Below, piece by piece: positions 35,769 through 46,270 of a stretch of 64,000 bases of DNA. Source of the DNA: an uncultured Gammaproteobacteria bacterium (lineage in GTDB: Bacteria > Patescibacteriota > Patescibacteriia > UBA9570 > XYC2-FULL-38-9); contig CAZBLE010000002.1 of the NCBI GenBank assembly GCA_964492735.1, forward strand, positions 64,135 through 128,134. Reading direction: 5' to 3'. The notes below the pieces were generated by a model. It saw only the letters and a list, made by a program, of their open reading frames with translations. It ran no database searches and was not told the origin of the DNA. A program made the position numbers and the translations under genes. Numbering within the stretch: position 1 is the stretch's first letter; each line of letters starts with the position of its first letter.

Positions 35769-37283
35769 ATGGGACGAAACGAAGGAGGTGGCAGAAGAGG
35801 ACGAGATCGCGAGAAAGCCCCGCGAGTTGATGTGCCTGGAGTGCCTCGACTTACAATAAAGTCTTCGGTGGAACGACAATATGGACGACAGGTTGTTGAA
35901 GCATTAAAGCGTTGGGATAATGCACTATATGAATATGATGCTTTAATTGTTTCTGAAGAGCTTCCATTTGATGATGTTGCTCTCTACGTACAAGAAATTG
36001 GCCTCTTTGATGAGTTAAAGGCTGACATTCCTCAAGCAGCGGCTTTAATAAATACAGTCTCAGAAAGCCGGGTGAGTAAAATTTTAGAAACCAGTGGCTC
36101 GGCAGAAAAAGCAGATCGTGAAGGTTTTCGTTTTGTGAAAAATGTTATGGACGATACTGTTGTAACGCCACATACACGACCATTATTTCATGCGCTCTTT
36201 CATGAATTACTTTTCGCATCGCGATTTGCTGAGCATCAAAAAAATATTACAAAAGGTGTGAGTCGTGACCCTGGTGCGCCAGAAGCACAAGTGCTTCAAG
36301 ATTTAGTTGCTACAAGAAATATTCCCCTCACGAAAGATGGTGCTCTATTTTTAGGAGGCGATATTGGTGATGTACTAAGAGAATTTATTTTTTTAGCAGG
36401 GTGTCGTGATTTATCTGATGCATTAAAAGGCGGTAAAATCCCAGATGAGTACACAGTGAATGCAGATGCCTATCGTGCAGAAGGAGATGTTATTGCAGCA
36501 TCATTACGCGGGCTGCCTACTGCTCCAACTAAATACACAACACAGAGAGGTCTTGAGATATTTAAAAATCTCTCCTTTACAACTCCGATAAAGTGTCCGC
36601 CTGCTATTATGGGCATAGTTGAGCTTGGTACTGATAAAAAAATATTTTTATTAAACGGCGGTTTTTTCGAGATAGTAATGCAGTTGCCGTTATCTCGTGT
36701 AACTGGAGATTTAGCATTGCCGCATGTAGCACTCACTTCACCTGAAATGATTTTTCGTAAATATGGAATTGAAAAATTATTCCCATTTATTCGTTTGCAA
36801 GTGTTGCGGTCTATTGAAGAGGCTATCTTGCTCGATAAAATTCCTGTAGAACAAGATGCCTTTCAGACAGCTTTTGCATTACGCGCTGTAGAGAAAGGTG
36901 TTCCCGCGAAAACGACAGAGGCAGATATTACTGAATTGCCAGAAGCTCCTGTGGTTTTAGAGTCAGTTGTTGCGCCTGTTGAAGTCGAAGAAGTGCCACA
37001 GCCTCTAGAGGAAGCGAATCGTGAAGAAGAGTTTGTAGTGCGTGAACGTCGAGCAAAAGCTGAGCGACTCCGCACGGTCCATTATCGTAAAGCAGTCAGT
37101 GCGCTTGGTCGCTTGGGTGTTGTGCTGGAACCAGGCGGTCGTCACATGAAAGCACGGTATGGTGAAAAAACTGCTGCATTTCCAAATTCACATTCTGGAA
37201 AGAATGCGGACATTACCTATATTTTACGATCTGTGTTAGAGATTCTCGGAATTACTGAAGAGGATTTTATTAAAGCGTTATAG
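35769..37283 (+). CDS. Hypothetical protein with an RGG-rich N-terminus and a C-terminal YcfA/HicA-like (dsRBD-like) domain.
   Basis: N-terminus MGRNEGGGRRGRDREKAPR. The C-terminus (GRHMKARYGEKTAAFPNSHSGKNADITYILRSVLEILGI) resembles the HicA consensus (GSH...vPhh.gkel..gtl.sIlkqagl). The start lies 5 nt after the valS stop. Confidence 0.45.
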   Translation: MGRNEGGGRRGRDREKAPRVDVPGVPRLTIKSSVERQYGRQVVEALKRWDNALYEYDALIVSEELPFDDVALYVQEIGLFDELKADIPQAAALINTVSESRVSKILETSGSAEKADREGFRFVKNVMDDTVVTPHTRPLFHALFHELLFASRFAEHQKNITKGVSRDPGAPEAQVLQDLVATRNIPLTKDGALFLGGDIGDVLREFIFLAGCRDLSDALKGGKIPDEYTVNADAYRAEGDVIAASLRGLPTAPTKYTTQRGLEIFKNLSFTTPIKCPPAIMGIVELGTDKKIFLLNGGFFEIVMQLPLSRVTGDLALPHVALTSPEMIFRKYGIEKLFPFIRLQVLRSIEEAILLDKIPVEQDAFQTAFALRAVEKGVPAKTTEADITELPEAPVVLESVVAPVEVEEVPQPLEEANREEEFVVRERRAKAERLRTVHYRKAVSALGRLGVVLEPGGRHMKARYGEKTAAFPNSHSGKNADITYILRSVLEILGITEEDFIKAL

Positions 37284-37308
37284 TTGCAATAGAAACGCTG
37301 GCTTGTAT

Positions 37309-39183
37309 TTAATCCTTCGCAACACGGAATACTTCGTCGAGTGTCGTCACACCGTCAATCGCTTTCAAAATTCCATCTTGTCCCATTGTGATCATTCCGG
37401 CATCACGCAATAATTCTTTCATTTTATATTCACTAATTTGGGAGCTGAGAATTTGCTGTTCAATTTCGGCAGACATGGTGAAAATTTCATAAATACCAAT
37501 GCGGCCTTTGTAACCACTGTTGCCACATTTTGCGCAACCTTTGCCGTGCTTCCATTGAACCGCGCTCATGTCTGGTTTTTGCTCGCCAGATTTTTCTGGA
37601 ATTAATGCTGCCCATTCCGTTGCACGCTGCAATTCTTCTGCAGTTGGAGTGTATACTTCCGCACAATCCTGACAGACTTTTCGAACCAAGCGTTGGCCAA
37701 TCACGGCGTTCAGCGCCGGCGCTAAGAAAATTCCTTGTACACCCATTCCAAGAAAGCGGGGAACAGCCCCTGCAGCATCATTCGTATGAATTGTTGAAAG
37801 CATGATATGACCAGTGAGTGCCGCTTCAACCGCGGTGGTCGCAGTTTCAAGATCACGGATTTCACCAACCATCACAACATCTGGATCTTGACGGAGAATC
37901 GCTCGGAGCCCCAACGCAAATGTATATTTCTTACTTGGATCAATCTGACTTTGAACAATTCCTTTTAATTTGTATTCAACTGGATTTTCTAATGTAATAA
38001 TTTTTGAATCTGGCGTGTTGAGTTTATTCAAAATCGCATACAAGGTCGTCGTTTTACCAGACCCAGTTGGACCAGTCGCGATAATCATGCCGTTTGGTTT
38101 TTCAATTTCCGCTTTCAACCGTGCAAATTGCAATGGTCGCATGCCTAAGTCTTCAAACGATAACCCAACAGAAGATGACTTCAATAAACGCATAACGATA
38201 CTTTCACCAAATGCGCTCGGCAGGGTAGAAACACGAATATCTAAGGCTTCACCATCTTCAAATTCAATGGAGATACTGCCATCTTGTGGGACATCGGTAA
38301 TGTTGAGTTTGAGTTCTGCAATCGCTTTCACGCGAGCAACGAGTCGCGGAAGTTCTGTGAGTGGCAAATGGGCAATACTCGTTAAAACCCCATCAATTCG
38401 AAAGCGCACAATAGCTGATTCTTTTTCTGCTTCGATATGAATATCTGACGAACCTTCATTGAGTGCCATTGAGACCAGCATCGCAAATGCTTCAGTCATG
38501 TTCGCGACTTTGAGACGTTGCTCTAAAATGTCATATGAGGTGATTTCAGTTTGAAATTGTTTGACTTGCTCTGCAGAAATATGCACACCAACTTCAACTT
38601 CTCTTACTTTTGTAACATTTTTGTAGAGCTCAAGCGCCACTTGCAAACTATGCGGTGAAATCATGTAGACAATCACATTTGTCCCAGGATGATCTTTGAT
38701 TAATTGCCGAACAACGGCATTGGTTTTTTCGCTAAGCGGATCAAGCGCGCCAACACGCATTTGGTTTTCTAAACGGAAAAAGACAACGAGATTATTTTCT
38801 CGAGCAATCTCTTCTGGTAATACACTAATAATTTCCGGACCAATGGGAAATCCATCAAGCTGAATATAAGGGAGTCCAAAAGAGACAGCATGGGCTTTCA
38901 CTTCACCTTCGCTACTCTCTAAATCAAACGTCTGTATTTTTTTCTCTAATAGTGGATCAAGATGCGGTGTTGTGTCGACTGGAGCTTCAGCTGTTTCTTG
39001 AGACAGAGATTGGACAGCAGCAGCTTGTGGAGATAATCCCTGTTGCACAGAGGGTGTTGTAGCTGCTGGATTTGTGTAGCGTGGTGCGCGCGTTGGTCGC
39101 GCTGCATTCAAATCACCACCAGTTGATTGACTGGATGGGCTTCCGCCGAGTAAATCTTCAATTGATGAAAAACCATTGTTCAT
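37309..39183 (-). CDS. pilB: Type IV pilus / type II secretion assembly ATPase (PilB/GspE family).
   Basis: Walker A motif GPTGSGKTTTLYA, Asp box, His box (HIMLSTIHTNDAAG), Walker B and a C-terminal tetracysteine motif (CQDC...CAKC). It has an N-terminal GSPII-like domain. Confidence 0.9.
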   Translation of the reverse strand: MNNGFSSIEDLLGGSPSSQSTGGDLNAARPTRAPRYTNPAATTPSVQQGLSPQAAAVQSLSQETAEAPVDTTPHLDPLLEKKIQTFDLESSEGEVKAHAVSFGLPYIQLDGFPIGPEIISVLPEEIARENNLVVFFRLENQMRVGALDPLSEKTNAVVRQLIKDHPGTNVIVYMISPHSLQVALELYKNVTKVREVEVGVHISAEQVKQFQTEITSYDILEQRLKVANMTEAFAMLVSMALNEGSSDIHIEAEKESAIVRFRIDGVLTSIAHLPLTELPRLVARVKAIAELKLNITDVPQDGSISIEFEDGEALDIRVSTLPSAFGESIVMRLLKSSSVGLSFEDLGMRPLQFARLKAEIEKPNGMIIATGPTGSGKTTTLYAILNKLNTPDSKIITLENPVEYKLKGIVQSQIDPSKKYTFALGLRAILRQDPDVVMVGEIRDLETATTAVEAALTGHIMLSTIHTNDAAGAVPRFLGMGVQGIFLAPALNAVIGQRLVRKVCQDCAEVYTPTAEELQRATEWAALIPEKSGEQKPDMSAVQWKHGKGCAKCGNSGYKGRIGIYEIFTMSAEIEQQILSSQISEYKMKELLRDAGMITMGQDGILKAIDGVTTLDEVFRVAKD

Positions 39184-39238
39184 ATGAACAACAGTATACC
39201 AAAGTTTTGTCGTAGAGCACAGATCTCGTGCGTAAACG

Positions 39239-40402
39239 CTACTGCGCTTTTTTTAATGCATCGCGTAATCGGTTGATAATAACGCGTTCAAATTCTTGTA
39301 ATGGGAGTGTTCCACGAATAGTCACAAAGTGATCTGAGCCTTCTGGCGCAAAGTCAGCAAACATATTTTTTGCGTGGATAAATGGCGCCGTACTAATAAT
39401 GGCAATGATCGTACTCTTTTCTGGGTGGTCTTTTTGCGGGCCATCTTCGTAGAGAATGACAACATTTTTCGCATCTGGCGTATTGATAATCAGTTCGTCA
39501 ATAACATCTGCAATTGTATCCGCATTGCCATTGGTTTCTGTGAGGTCTGCATGAGTGATGTGTGACCAGACGAGATCATAGTCCGTATCTGCTTGCAATC
39601 CACTGAGTACCTTGCCCCACAATTTTAAAGTGTTGACGCTTTTACTTTGATATAAATGTTTCACAATTTCATCACGTCGCGCACCTTGGTCAATGAGATG
39701 GGAGGCAATCGCAAGTGAGCGGGGAGTCACTGAGCCGGCCTGAAAACTTTTTGTCTTACTGATCATTCCAGTGAGTAAGTTTGTTGCAATATATTCATCG
39801 AGTAATTCATGTGGCCATTTTTCGAGCATTTCAAAAATCACTTCTGATGTTGAGGTAGCTCGAACACTCACTAAATTTACTTGCCCAAAGTGATCGTTTG
39901 CTGTCGTGTGGTCAATATTGACAATTGGTGTGCTATAAAAAAACTCTGCATTTTTTTCATAGAGCTGTCCGAGTGATTCAAGGTCTTTCGCGTCCAGTGT
40001 AATGACTAAATCAAATGCGTAATCACTGTCAGATGTAGTGACATCTGTCGCGGTAAAATTTCCTTCTTTTGGTGTAATGAAAATATTCAAATGCTTGTCT
40101 TGAATTTCATAGGATAATTCTTCTACAGATGCTTTCGACAGATCAAGGGAAATGATGAATTTTCGGAGACTCGAAATGTCATCAAAAATCTCGTCACTCT
40201 TTGGGAGGAAGCCGTGGTGTGCGGGGAGTTGAAAATTATAGGAAACAATTTTGGCTCGTTTTTTGAGTTTTTCGCACACTGCTAATAGTGCCAATCCAGA
40301 AGCAATTGCATCCGTAGTTGGTTGAAATGGTAACGCAATCAAGACAGCAGATGCCTGATTAAACAGCGATAAAATTTGATCTTCTTTGTGTTCTTTTGCC
40401 AT
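39239..40402 (-). CDS. DHH-family phosphoesterase (NrnA-like).
   Basis: DHH motif region (NIDHTTANDHFG), the Asp-rich motifs I-II and a DHHA1-like C-terminal domain. Confidence 0.55.
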   Translation of the reverse strand: MAKEHKEDQILSLFNQASAVLIALPFQPTTDAIASGLALLAVCEKLKKRAKIVSYNFQLPAHHGFLPKSDEIFDDISSLRKFIISLDLSKASVEELSYEIQDKHLNIFITPKEGNFTATDVTTSDSDYAFDLVITLDAKDLESLGQLYEKNAEFFYSTPIVNIDHTTANDHFGQVNLVSVRATSTSEVIFEMLEKWPHELLDEYIATNLLTGMISKTKSFQAGSVTPRSLAIASHLIDQGARRDEIVKHLYQSKSVNTLKLWGKVLSGLQADTDYDLVWSHITHADLTETNGNADTIADVIDELIINTPDAKNVVILYEDGPQKDHPEKSTIIAIISTAPFIHAKNMFADFAPEGSDHFVTIRGTLPLQEFERVIINRLRDALKKAQ

Positions 40403-40487
40403 ATGTATGCTAATCCGCCTCGTAATTTCAGACGACCAGCAATCCTACGTTTTTTGCGCTATTGTGTCAAGAAGGCCCTGTTTTAGG

Positions 40488-41699
40488 CTATCCAACCCAC
40501 AAATTGCTCGCATGGTAAAAAAACAGCAGTAATTGTGCAATTGTGCTGATTATTACGAGAAGTAGCAATAAGATGAATGAAATCTGTTGTTCCTGCGCAG
40601 TTTTTTTCTTTTCTAGTAAGACATTCACAATGGCTGGAAAGATCATGACCATCGATAGTGCATAGCGTGCATATGATGCGAGCGTTCCAGGAAGTGCAGA
40701 CATTGCGATGAGAACTGCAGTCACAGGAACAAAAGCGCGAAATGATTTTGAGCGCCACATGAGTACTAGCCCAATGAGTGTGAAGAAAAAAATCAGACGA
40801 CTGAGACTGCTGTGGTTAATACTCATGAACGTGCCTTCAACGAGCAACGCATCATGGATCCATTGCAATGGGTGAGTGAGATAATAAAAATCAAAGCCAC
40901 TCCCGAATTTTTTTTGAATAGCAAAGCCAGACAATGGATCGCCGGTCGCGCGGTACATATTTCCAAGGTAGAGCGCAGTGCCTGAGAGCGCACCTGCAAG
41001 TGGAGCAAGAAAAGGAGCTGCCCACCTTATATTATGATGACGATTAAATGCATGCCGTTGTGTCCATGCAAAAGCTGCAAGAACTCCAAGTACAGCAACA
41101 AGGCCATGCGGACGTGACAGTACAAGAAGAAGGCTAGCGCTGCCAGATAGCCATGCAACGCGCTGCCATGTTCCAATAACAACGAGAGAAAATAAGAGAA
41201 TAAAGATACCTTCTGTATAAATCAGGTGAAGAAAAAATGCAGTAGGGAATGTGATGAGTACTATTGTTGACCAGAAGGCAATGCGTCGATCAGACAGTAG
41301 TCGTACCATGCTGTAAAATGCTACGACTGTTGCAAATGAAATAAGGGTTGCAAGCGCTTGCGCCACAAAGAATGATGCACTGGTAAAAAACCATGCAACG
41401 CGCACGATGCCGGGAAGGAGCGGGAAAAATGCAATGCTTTTTTCTCCAGGGATATACCAATCAGCGGCAAGTTTTAAATAATTTTGTGCGTCCCATGTTT
41501 GAAGAGTTGAGAGGGGGGAGCGAATGAGGTTTCCATTCCATAATACATTTGTGTCATGGCAGATGTCGCAAAAATATCCGACTTGGTCTGCAGTGATAGC
41601 GACAATGACGAGGACTGCTTTCAGCAATACAAAAATCAACACAAGTAACAAGGCGTCATCGAGCCAACTTTTTCCAAAAATAGTCCTTGAATTTTTCAT
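40488..41699 (-). CDS. Polytopic membrane glycosyltransferase-like protein (GT-C fold, PIG-V/DUF2029-like).
   Basis: About 11 TM helices with an early periplasmic-loop acidic motif (WDAQNYLKLAADWY). Confidence 0.4.
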   Translation of the reverse strand: MKNSRTIFGKSWLDDALLLVLIFVLLKAVLVIVAITADQVGYFCDICHDTNVLWNGNLIRSPLSTLQTWDAQNYLKLAADWYIPGEKSIAFFPLLPGIVRVAWFFTSASFFVAQALATLISFATVVAFYSMVRLLSDRRIAFWSTIVLITFPTAFFLHLIYTEGIFILLFSLVVIGTWQRVAWLSGSASLLLVLSRPHGLVAVLGVLAAFAWTQRHAFNRHHNIRWAAPFLAPLAGALSGTALYLGNMYRATGDPLSGFAIQKKFGSGFDFYYLTHPLQWIHDALLVEGTFMSINHSSLSRLIFFFTLIGLVLMWRSKSFRAFVPVTAVLIAMSALPGTLASYARYALSMVMIFPAIVNVLLEKKKTAQEQQISFILLLLLVIISTIAQLLLFFYHASNLWVG

Positions 41700-41727
41700 C
41701 GTTTTGTAGTATACTATACATTGAACT

Positions 41728-42468
41728 ATGATTGAATTTATTTGGTACGATCTGTTGTATCAGCCACTGTATAATCTGTTGCTGTTTTTTTATTCGATCT
41801 CACCAGGCAAGGACATGGGCTTGGCGGTTATTATGTTTACTATTGCCATTCGTATTGTGTTATTACCACTCTCTATTCGTGGTGCACGAGCCGAAATTCG
41901 CATTGAACAGCTTCATCCAGTTATTGAAGAGATTAAAGTTCGCTATAAACATAATTTAGAAAAGCAGCGTGAAGCCATTCGTCGATTATTGAAGAAAAAT
42001 CACATTGGCGTGTTATCGAGTACCGTCGCGCTCCTGTTTCAGGTATTTTTCTTTATCGTGTTATATGAAATTTTTGCATCTGGATTGCAGCCAGGACTCG
42101 GGCACAACTTTCTGTATGCATTTAACATTGATCCGGGGATTGTCGACCCATATTTCTTTGGCCGATTAAATTTAATCATTACGAGTAATTACGCTTCATT
42201 ATTTGCAGCCGGCGTCATGTTGGTCAGTCAGATTGTGCATTACATGAATCGGAGAGGGGAAAAGACTCGAACAGAGCTGCTGATGATATTTGTGTTTCCA
42301 ATCGGTATTTACTTGGCATGTATCGTTTTGCCCTCTGCAAAGGCGATTTTCCTTTCAACAACAATGATTTTTACATTGCTGATTTTAGCCGTAAAGATTG
42401 TGGCCTTGCGATATATTGTAAAAGATGAGAAACTTAAACAAAAGATTGATGATTTATGGATAAGTTAA
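41728..42468 (+). CDS. yidC: YidC/Oxa1-family membrane insertase (short Gram-positive-like form).
   Basis: MGLAVIMFTIAIRIVLLPLSIRGARAEIRIEQLHPVIEEIKVRYKHNLEKQREAIRRLLKKNHIG matches the YidC core TM2 and coiled-coil region. The start could be ATG 41815. Confidence 0.7.
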   Translation: MIEFIWYDLLYQPLYNLLLFFYSISPGKDMGLAVIMFTIAIRIVLLPLSIRGARAEIRIEQLHPVIEEIKVRYKHNLEKQREAIRRLLKKNHIGVLSSTVALLFQVFFFIVLYEIFASGLQPGLGHNFLYAFNIDPGIVDPYFFGRLNLIITSNYASLFAAGVMLVSQIVHYMNRRGEKTRTELLMIFVFPIGIYLACIVLPSAKAIFLSTTMIFTLLILAVKIVALRYIVKDEKLKQKIDDLWIS

Positions 42469-43007
42469 TTATTTCCCTCGCAGTTGAAGACATCTTGTTT
42501 GGCATGTTTGTTTCTGTGCCGCCAGGATACGTTGCATGTATTTATTCTCACGGTAAAGGCGTGTTATTGAAAGTTTTGCGTCCAGGACTGCATTTGAAGC
42601 TTCCATTTTGGCATAAAGCAAAATTATTCAATACTCAAGTGCAGGAATATCAAATTCGCCGTGGTTTTGATATTGCAGTCAGTGATCTTGGTGACCAGTC
42701 AATTATCGTTGCAAGTCATGATGCACAAAATGTTGAGCTCGAAATGACTATTTTGTTTCATGTTGATCCTGATAATGCGACACAGTTATGGCAATTTATT
42801 GGCGATAACTACATTGAAAAAATTATTCGTCCAACTATCCGCTCTCGTATTCGTACTGTTGGAGCGCAATGGAACGCCCATGATTTTTTTAGCAGCAATC
42901 GATCACAAATCGAACAGCAAATTCATCATGAGTTAGTCCAGTCACTATCAGGCAAAGGCCTTATTGTTGTGGATGTGTTGCTTGGAAATGCAACCTTAAT
43001 TGAATAA
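42456..43007 (+). CDS. SPFH/band-7 domain protein.
   Basis: An N-terminal hydrophobic anchor, then PGLHLKLPF...VQEYQI...D..SIIVASHDAQNVELEMTILFHV, an SPFH-like core. Confidence 0.5.
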   Translation: MDKLIISLAVEDILFGMFVSVPPGYVACIYSHGKGVLLKVLRPGLHLKLPFWHKAKLFNTQVQEYQIRRGFDIAVSDLGDQSIIVASHDAQNVELEMTILFHVDPDNATQLWQFIGDNYIEKIIRPTIRSRIRTVGAQWNAHDFFSSNRSQIEQQIHHELVQSLSGKGLIVVDVLLGNATLIE

Positions 43008-43010
43008 GCT

Positions 43011-44825
43011 ATGACTAAAAAGAGTGCTCGCACAATTCGACACTCTTTTTTTGTCCTGAGTTTTTGTGTTTCTGTTTTTTTTGCGACACCAGTGCATGCG
43101 GCAACGCCAGTTGCAAAGACCTTTGTGTATCCACTGCGGAATGTAGAAATTGTGACACACCAAGGTGATGATTTTGGAAATGGGTTGTATCACATGGGCA
43201 TTGATTTAGGTGGGGAGTTGGGTGAAGGAGCTCCTGTCTATGCGATTGCTGACGGCGTGGTGAAAGAAGTGCGTGAACGAACGTCGTTTGGATTAGTGGT
43301 GTTAATTGAGCATACATTGCCAGATGGTAGTCATGTGGTTTCACTCTATGGACATTTAAAACCGTCTGACCAACCCGTTGCAGTAGGGGAAGTGGTTAAA
43401 ATGGGCGCGCGGATTGGAAGTCTTGGGAGTCGTGCAGAAAATGGTGGTTGGGGTGTGCATTTGCATTTTGGTATTCACAAAGATGCCTATAGTCCGGTGT
43501 GGATTTATTATGGTCATGTGCGTGATAAGGCGACAGAAATGTATTGGCACGACCCAGAGCACTTTATTAGTGATCGATTAACGAAAGATATATGGAAGCC
43601 AGATGTGAACGTGCAGCTGTCATCAAGTTCAATCAGCGGTGGTCGATTGCAATTTGCTATTGATGCTCAAGATCTTGGAAGTCTGATTAAAAATACAACA
43701 GTTGAATTGTCAGAAAATGACCAAGCAACGTGGCGAGAGGTTGATGCATTTGATAGTGAAGATAGTTATCCATTTCGTGTGAATATTCCGGCACCAAATA
43801 TTGCGAGTGGAAATTCATATATTAAAGTTACCGCAACAGATCATGTCGGGAATCAGACGCAAAAAATTATCCGTTTAACGAATAATATGCGCATGAACAC
43901 AGCGCTGGGTGGTGTTGTGATGAAGCGGCGAGGCCAAGGGACAATCACGCACATGATCTACCAGTCAGGTGGTATTGATCGAACAATTTCACCGCAATCT
44001 GTGAAGTCTTCAGAGACAGGAGATGTTGCAACAGGTGATTTGGATGGAGATGGAGATGCGGAAATAGCGACGATTCGAGGTGGGGCAAATCCAGTTGTTG
44101 CAGTATTTGATCATGATGGCGCGCGGTTGTATCAGTTTAAAGCCTATCCATATAAATCACAGCAATCTGCTCGTATTGCAGTTGGTGATGTCACCGGTGA
44201 CGGAATTGATGACATTGTGGTTGGGTATGGACCGGGAAATCAAAAAATGATTCGAGTCTTTTCTCAAGAGGGCGTGCTGTTGGGTGAAGTGGCGCCATTT
44301 ACTATCGTGAAAAAAGAAGGGATTGACGTTGCAACGGGAGATACAAATGGCGATGGGGTTGATGAAATTATTGCAACAACGCGAGCAAGTAAAAATACGA
44401 CAGTGGCTGTTGTGACCACATTCTCTGGTGAGCGATTAGCGAAGTTTAATGTGAGCGCGGCAAATTATAAAAGTGGTGCGAATGTAGCTGCTGGTGATGT
44501 AAATGGTGATGGTAAAGATGAGGTGATTGTGGGTCTTATGGCAGCGCAGAAGCGGCCAGCAAAAGTGATTGTGATCCGCGCAGAAACGCCAAGTAAAAAC
44601 CGCACTACCATTGTGCCATTTGGTAAAACATTCACTGGTGATATTGACGTTGCAGCATATGACACCAATGCTGATGGCAAGGTAGAGATCATGACAAGTC
44701 AGGCGTCTGGAGGAAAATCATTTGTGAAGCTGTATCGATTAAAGCCAGAACTCAAGCAAATAATGAGTGAAGAGTATTTTACAAAAACAGACCCATCAGG
44801 GGCCCGTATTGCAGCGTGGAAGTAA
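43011..44825 (+). CDS. Secreted M23-family (LytM-like) metallopeptidase fused to a C-terminal FG-GAP/VCBS repeat beta-propeller.
   Basis: A signal peptide. M23 motifs HMGIDLGG and GVHLHFGIH. At least five FG-GAP-like repeats (GDLDGDGDAEIA, GDVTGDGIDDIVVG, GDTNGDGVDEIIA, GDVNGDGKDEVIVG, YDTNADGKVEIM). Confidence 0.7.
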   Translation: MTKKSARTIRHSFFVLSFCVSVFFATPVHAATPVAKTFVYPLRNVEIVTHQGDDFGNGLYHMGIDLGGELGEGAPVYAIADGVVKEVRERTSFGLVVLIEHTLPDGSHVVSLYGHLKPSDQPVAVGEVVKMGARIGSLGSRAENGGWGVHLHFGIHKDAYSPVWIYYGHVRDKATEMYWHDPEHFISDRLTKDIWKPDVNVQLSSSSISGGRLQFAIDAQDLGSLIKNTTVELSENDQATWREVDAFDSEDSYPFRVNIPAPNIASGNSYIKVTATDHVGNQTQKIIRLTNNMRMNTALGGVVMKRRGQGTITHMIYQSGGIDRTISPQSVKSSETGDVATGDLDGDGDAEIATIRGGANPVVAVFDHDGARLYQFKAYPYKSQQSARIAVGDVTGDGIDDIVVGYGPGNQKMIRVFSQEGVLLGEVAPFTIVKKEGIDVATGDTNGDGVDEIIATTRASKNTTVAVVTTFSGERLAKFNVSAANYKSGANVAAGDVNGDGKDEVIVGLMAAQKRPAKVIVIRAETPSKNRTTIVPFGKTFTGDIDVAAYDTNADGKVEIMTSQASGGKSFVKLYRLKPELKQIMSEEYFTKTDPSGARIAAWK

Positions 44826-44849
44826 CACGGGACTATCGCCGTAGAAATT

Positions 44850-46226
44850 TTAGAAGTATGTAATGTATTGAAATACATTATCAAGACCTGCGTCGAATAT
44901 TTTTCTTAACTCTAACGCCGGGTTTGTTTTTTTTCGCAATTGTTCTATAAGGGGAGTGAGGTATTGTTCCTCATGAAGATTGCGTTTTTTTAAACCTTGT
45001 AACACTAGATTTACAATTGGCTCAACTATATCTTGTATAACTTGATTGCCGTAACGCCCTTTTAGTCCTAAACGAGCTGCTTCTAATCGGCTTGCTGCTA
45101 GCTCATCTAATGAGAGGTGCTCAATATATTTTTCAATATCTAATTTTGACTCTAACGCTCCTACTAAGAAAGCGGTTGCTGATAGTGTATTTCCTTGTCG
45201 TTGGAATGACAGAGGTCTAAACTCAATGTACTGATTCGTACAAGCTGATTGGAACCATGTATGAAATATGTGAGGATCTTTTGATAGTAACGCTTTGCGA
45301 CCAGCTTCATAGTCTGCTTGAGGGTTCAAGGCAAATCGTAGCCTTGCATCATGACGAATTAAAGATTGTTGTAATAGCGTGTCTTCTAGTGAGAGTGGCC
45401 TGAGTTGAGTTTTTTTAGGAGAGCCATAAATTTCTGTAAACAATACATCTTCTTGTGACTCTAACAACTCGAGTAATGTTTTTTTACTGTTTATTGTCCA
45501 TAAGCCTTGATTTGTCGATAGTAAAATCGCAGGTTTGTTTAAAGCATATAAAAAGTAGTCTTTCCAAGATGTGTAATGATGTTTAGGAATTCCAATTGTG
45601 TCTTTATAGCCAGTCGGCAAACTCACTGCCATTCGTTCGTAATTCAAAATTCTGATATCTAACGCATCTTGCCAAGAGCCTTTATACAAAGGAGCATTTG
45701 CATATAAAGCAATAGCAATGGGACTGAGTCTCTGTAAAAATAGCTGCTCATCAAATATATCTTCTGGGTTACCGCCAATGTTTATTTGCAGAGCAGCTGA
45801 TAGCGCAAATGGCTGCATCGCCTCTACATTAGATAGTAAAATCGGGTAGTGTGACTTTGGTGTAAATTCAGCGCTCGAGTAAGGAGCGCTCGGATGTGTG
45901 CCAATTCCGATTATTGACAGTGTGTCTCCAAGTATCTGTTTGAGTATCGAAAAAATTTCAAATTCTTGCTGTGCTGCTGTTTCTATATTTTCGCATGGCG
46001 GGAAAGCGATTTCCAGCAAGCAGTTGCCAAGATCATTGTCTATGACAATTTCACCATATGAAAACTTTTTTTTCACCCCAAGAATTTCCGTATTATATGG
46101 GTCTCGTTTTAATTCCCATCCAGCCCTCGCAAATTTTTCCCAGAGAGACAACATATCATCCCTGTTCGCAGGTAGGGTGTCTGATTTTACAATAATAGAC
46201 TCATATTCAAGTCCGATTGTTCTCAT
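44850..46226 (-). CDS. Carboxylate-amine ligase / glutamate-cysteine ligase-like (GCS2-family fold) protein.
   Basis: N-terminal IGLEYESIIV (compare GVEHE.FLV) and the overall size and pattern of GCS2/YbdK-like ligases. Weak. Confidence 0.4.
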   Translation of the reverse strand: MRTIGLEYESIIVKSDTLPANRDDMLSLWEKFARAGWELKRDPYNTEILGVKKKFSYGEIVIDNDLGNCLLEIAFPPCENIETAAQQEFEIFSILKQILGDTLSIIGIGTHPSAPYSSAEFTPKSHYPILLSNVEAMQPFALSAALQINIGGNPEDIFDEQLFLQRLSPIAIALYANAPLYKGSWQDALDIRILNYERMAVSLPTGYKDTIGIPKHHYTSWKDYFLYALNKPAILLSTNQGLWTINSKKTLLELLESQEDVLFTEIYGSPKKTQLRPLSLEDTLLQQSLIRHDARLRFALNPQADYEAGRKALLSKDPHIFHTWFQSACTNQYIEFRPLSFQRQGNTLSATAFLVGALESKLDIEKYIEHLSLDELAASRLEAARLGLKGRYGNQVIQDIVEPIVNLVLQGLKKRNLHEEQYLTPLIEQLRKKTNPALELRKIFDAGLDNVFQYITYF

Positions 46227-46270
46227 ACGTTCATCTTCATTTTGTGATGTGCACTGCGCGTATAAACTGC

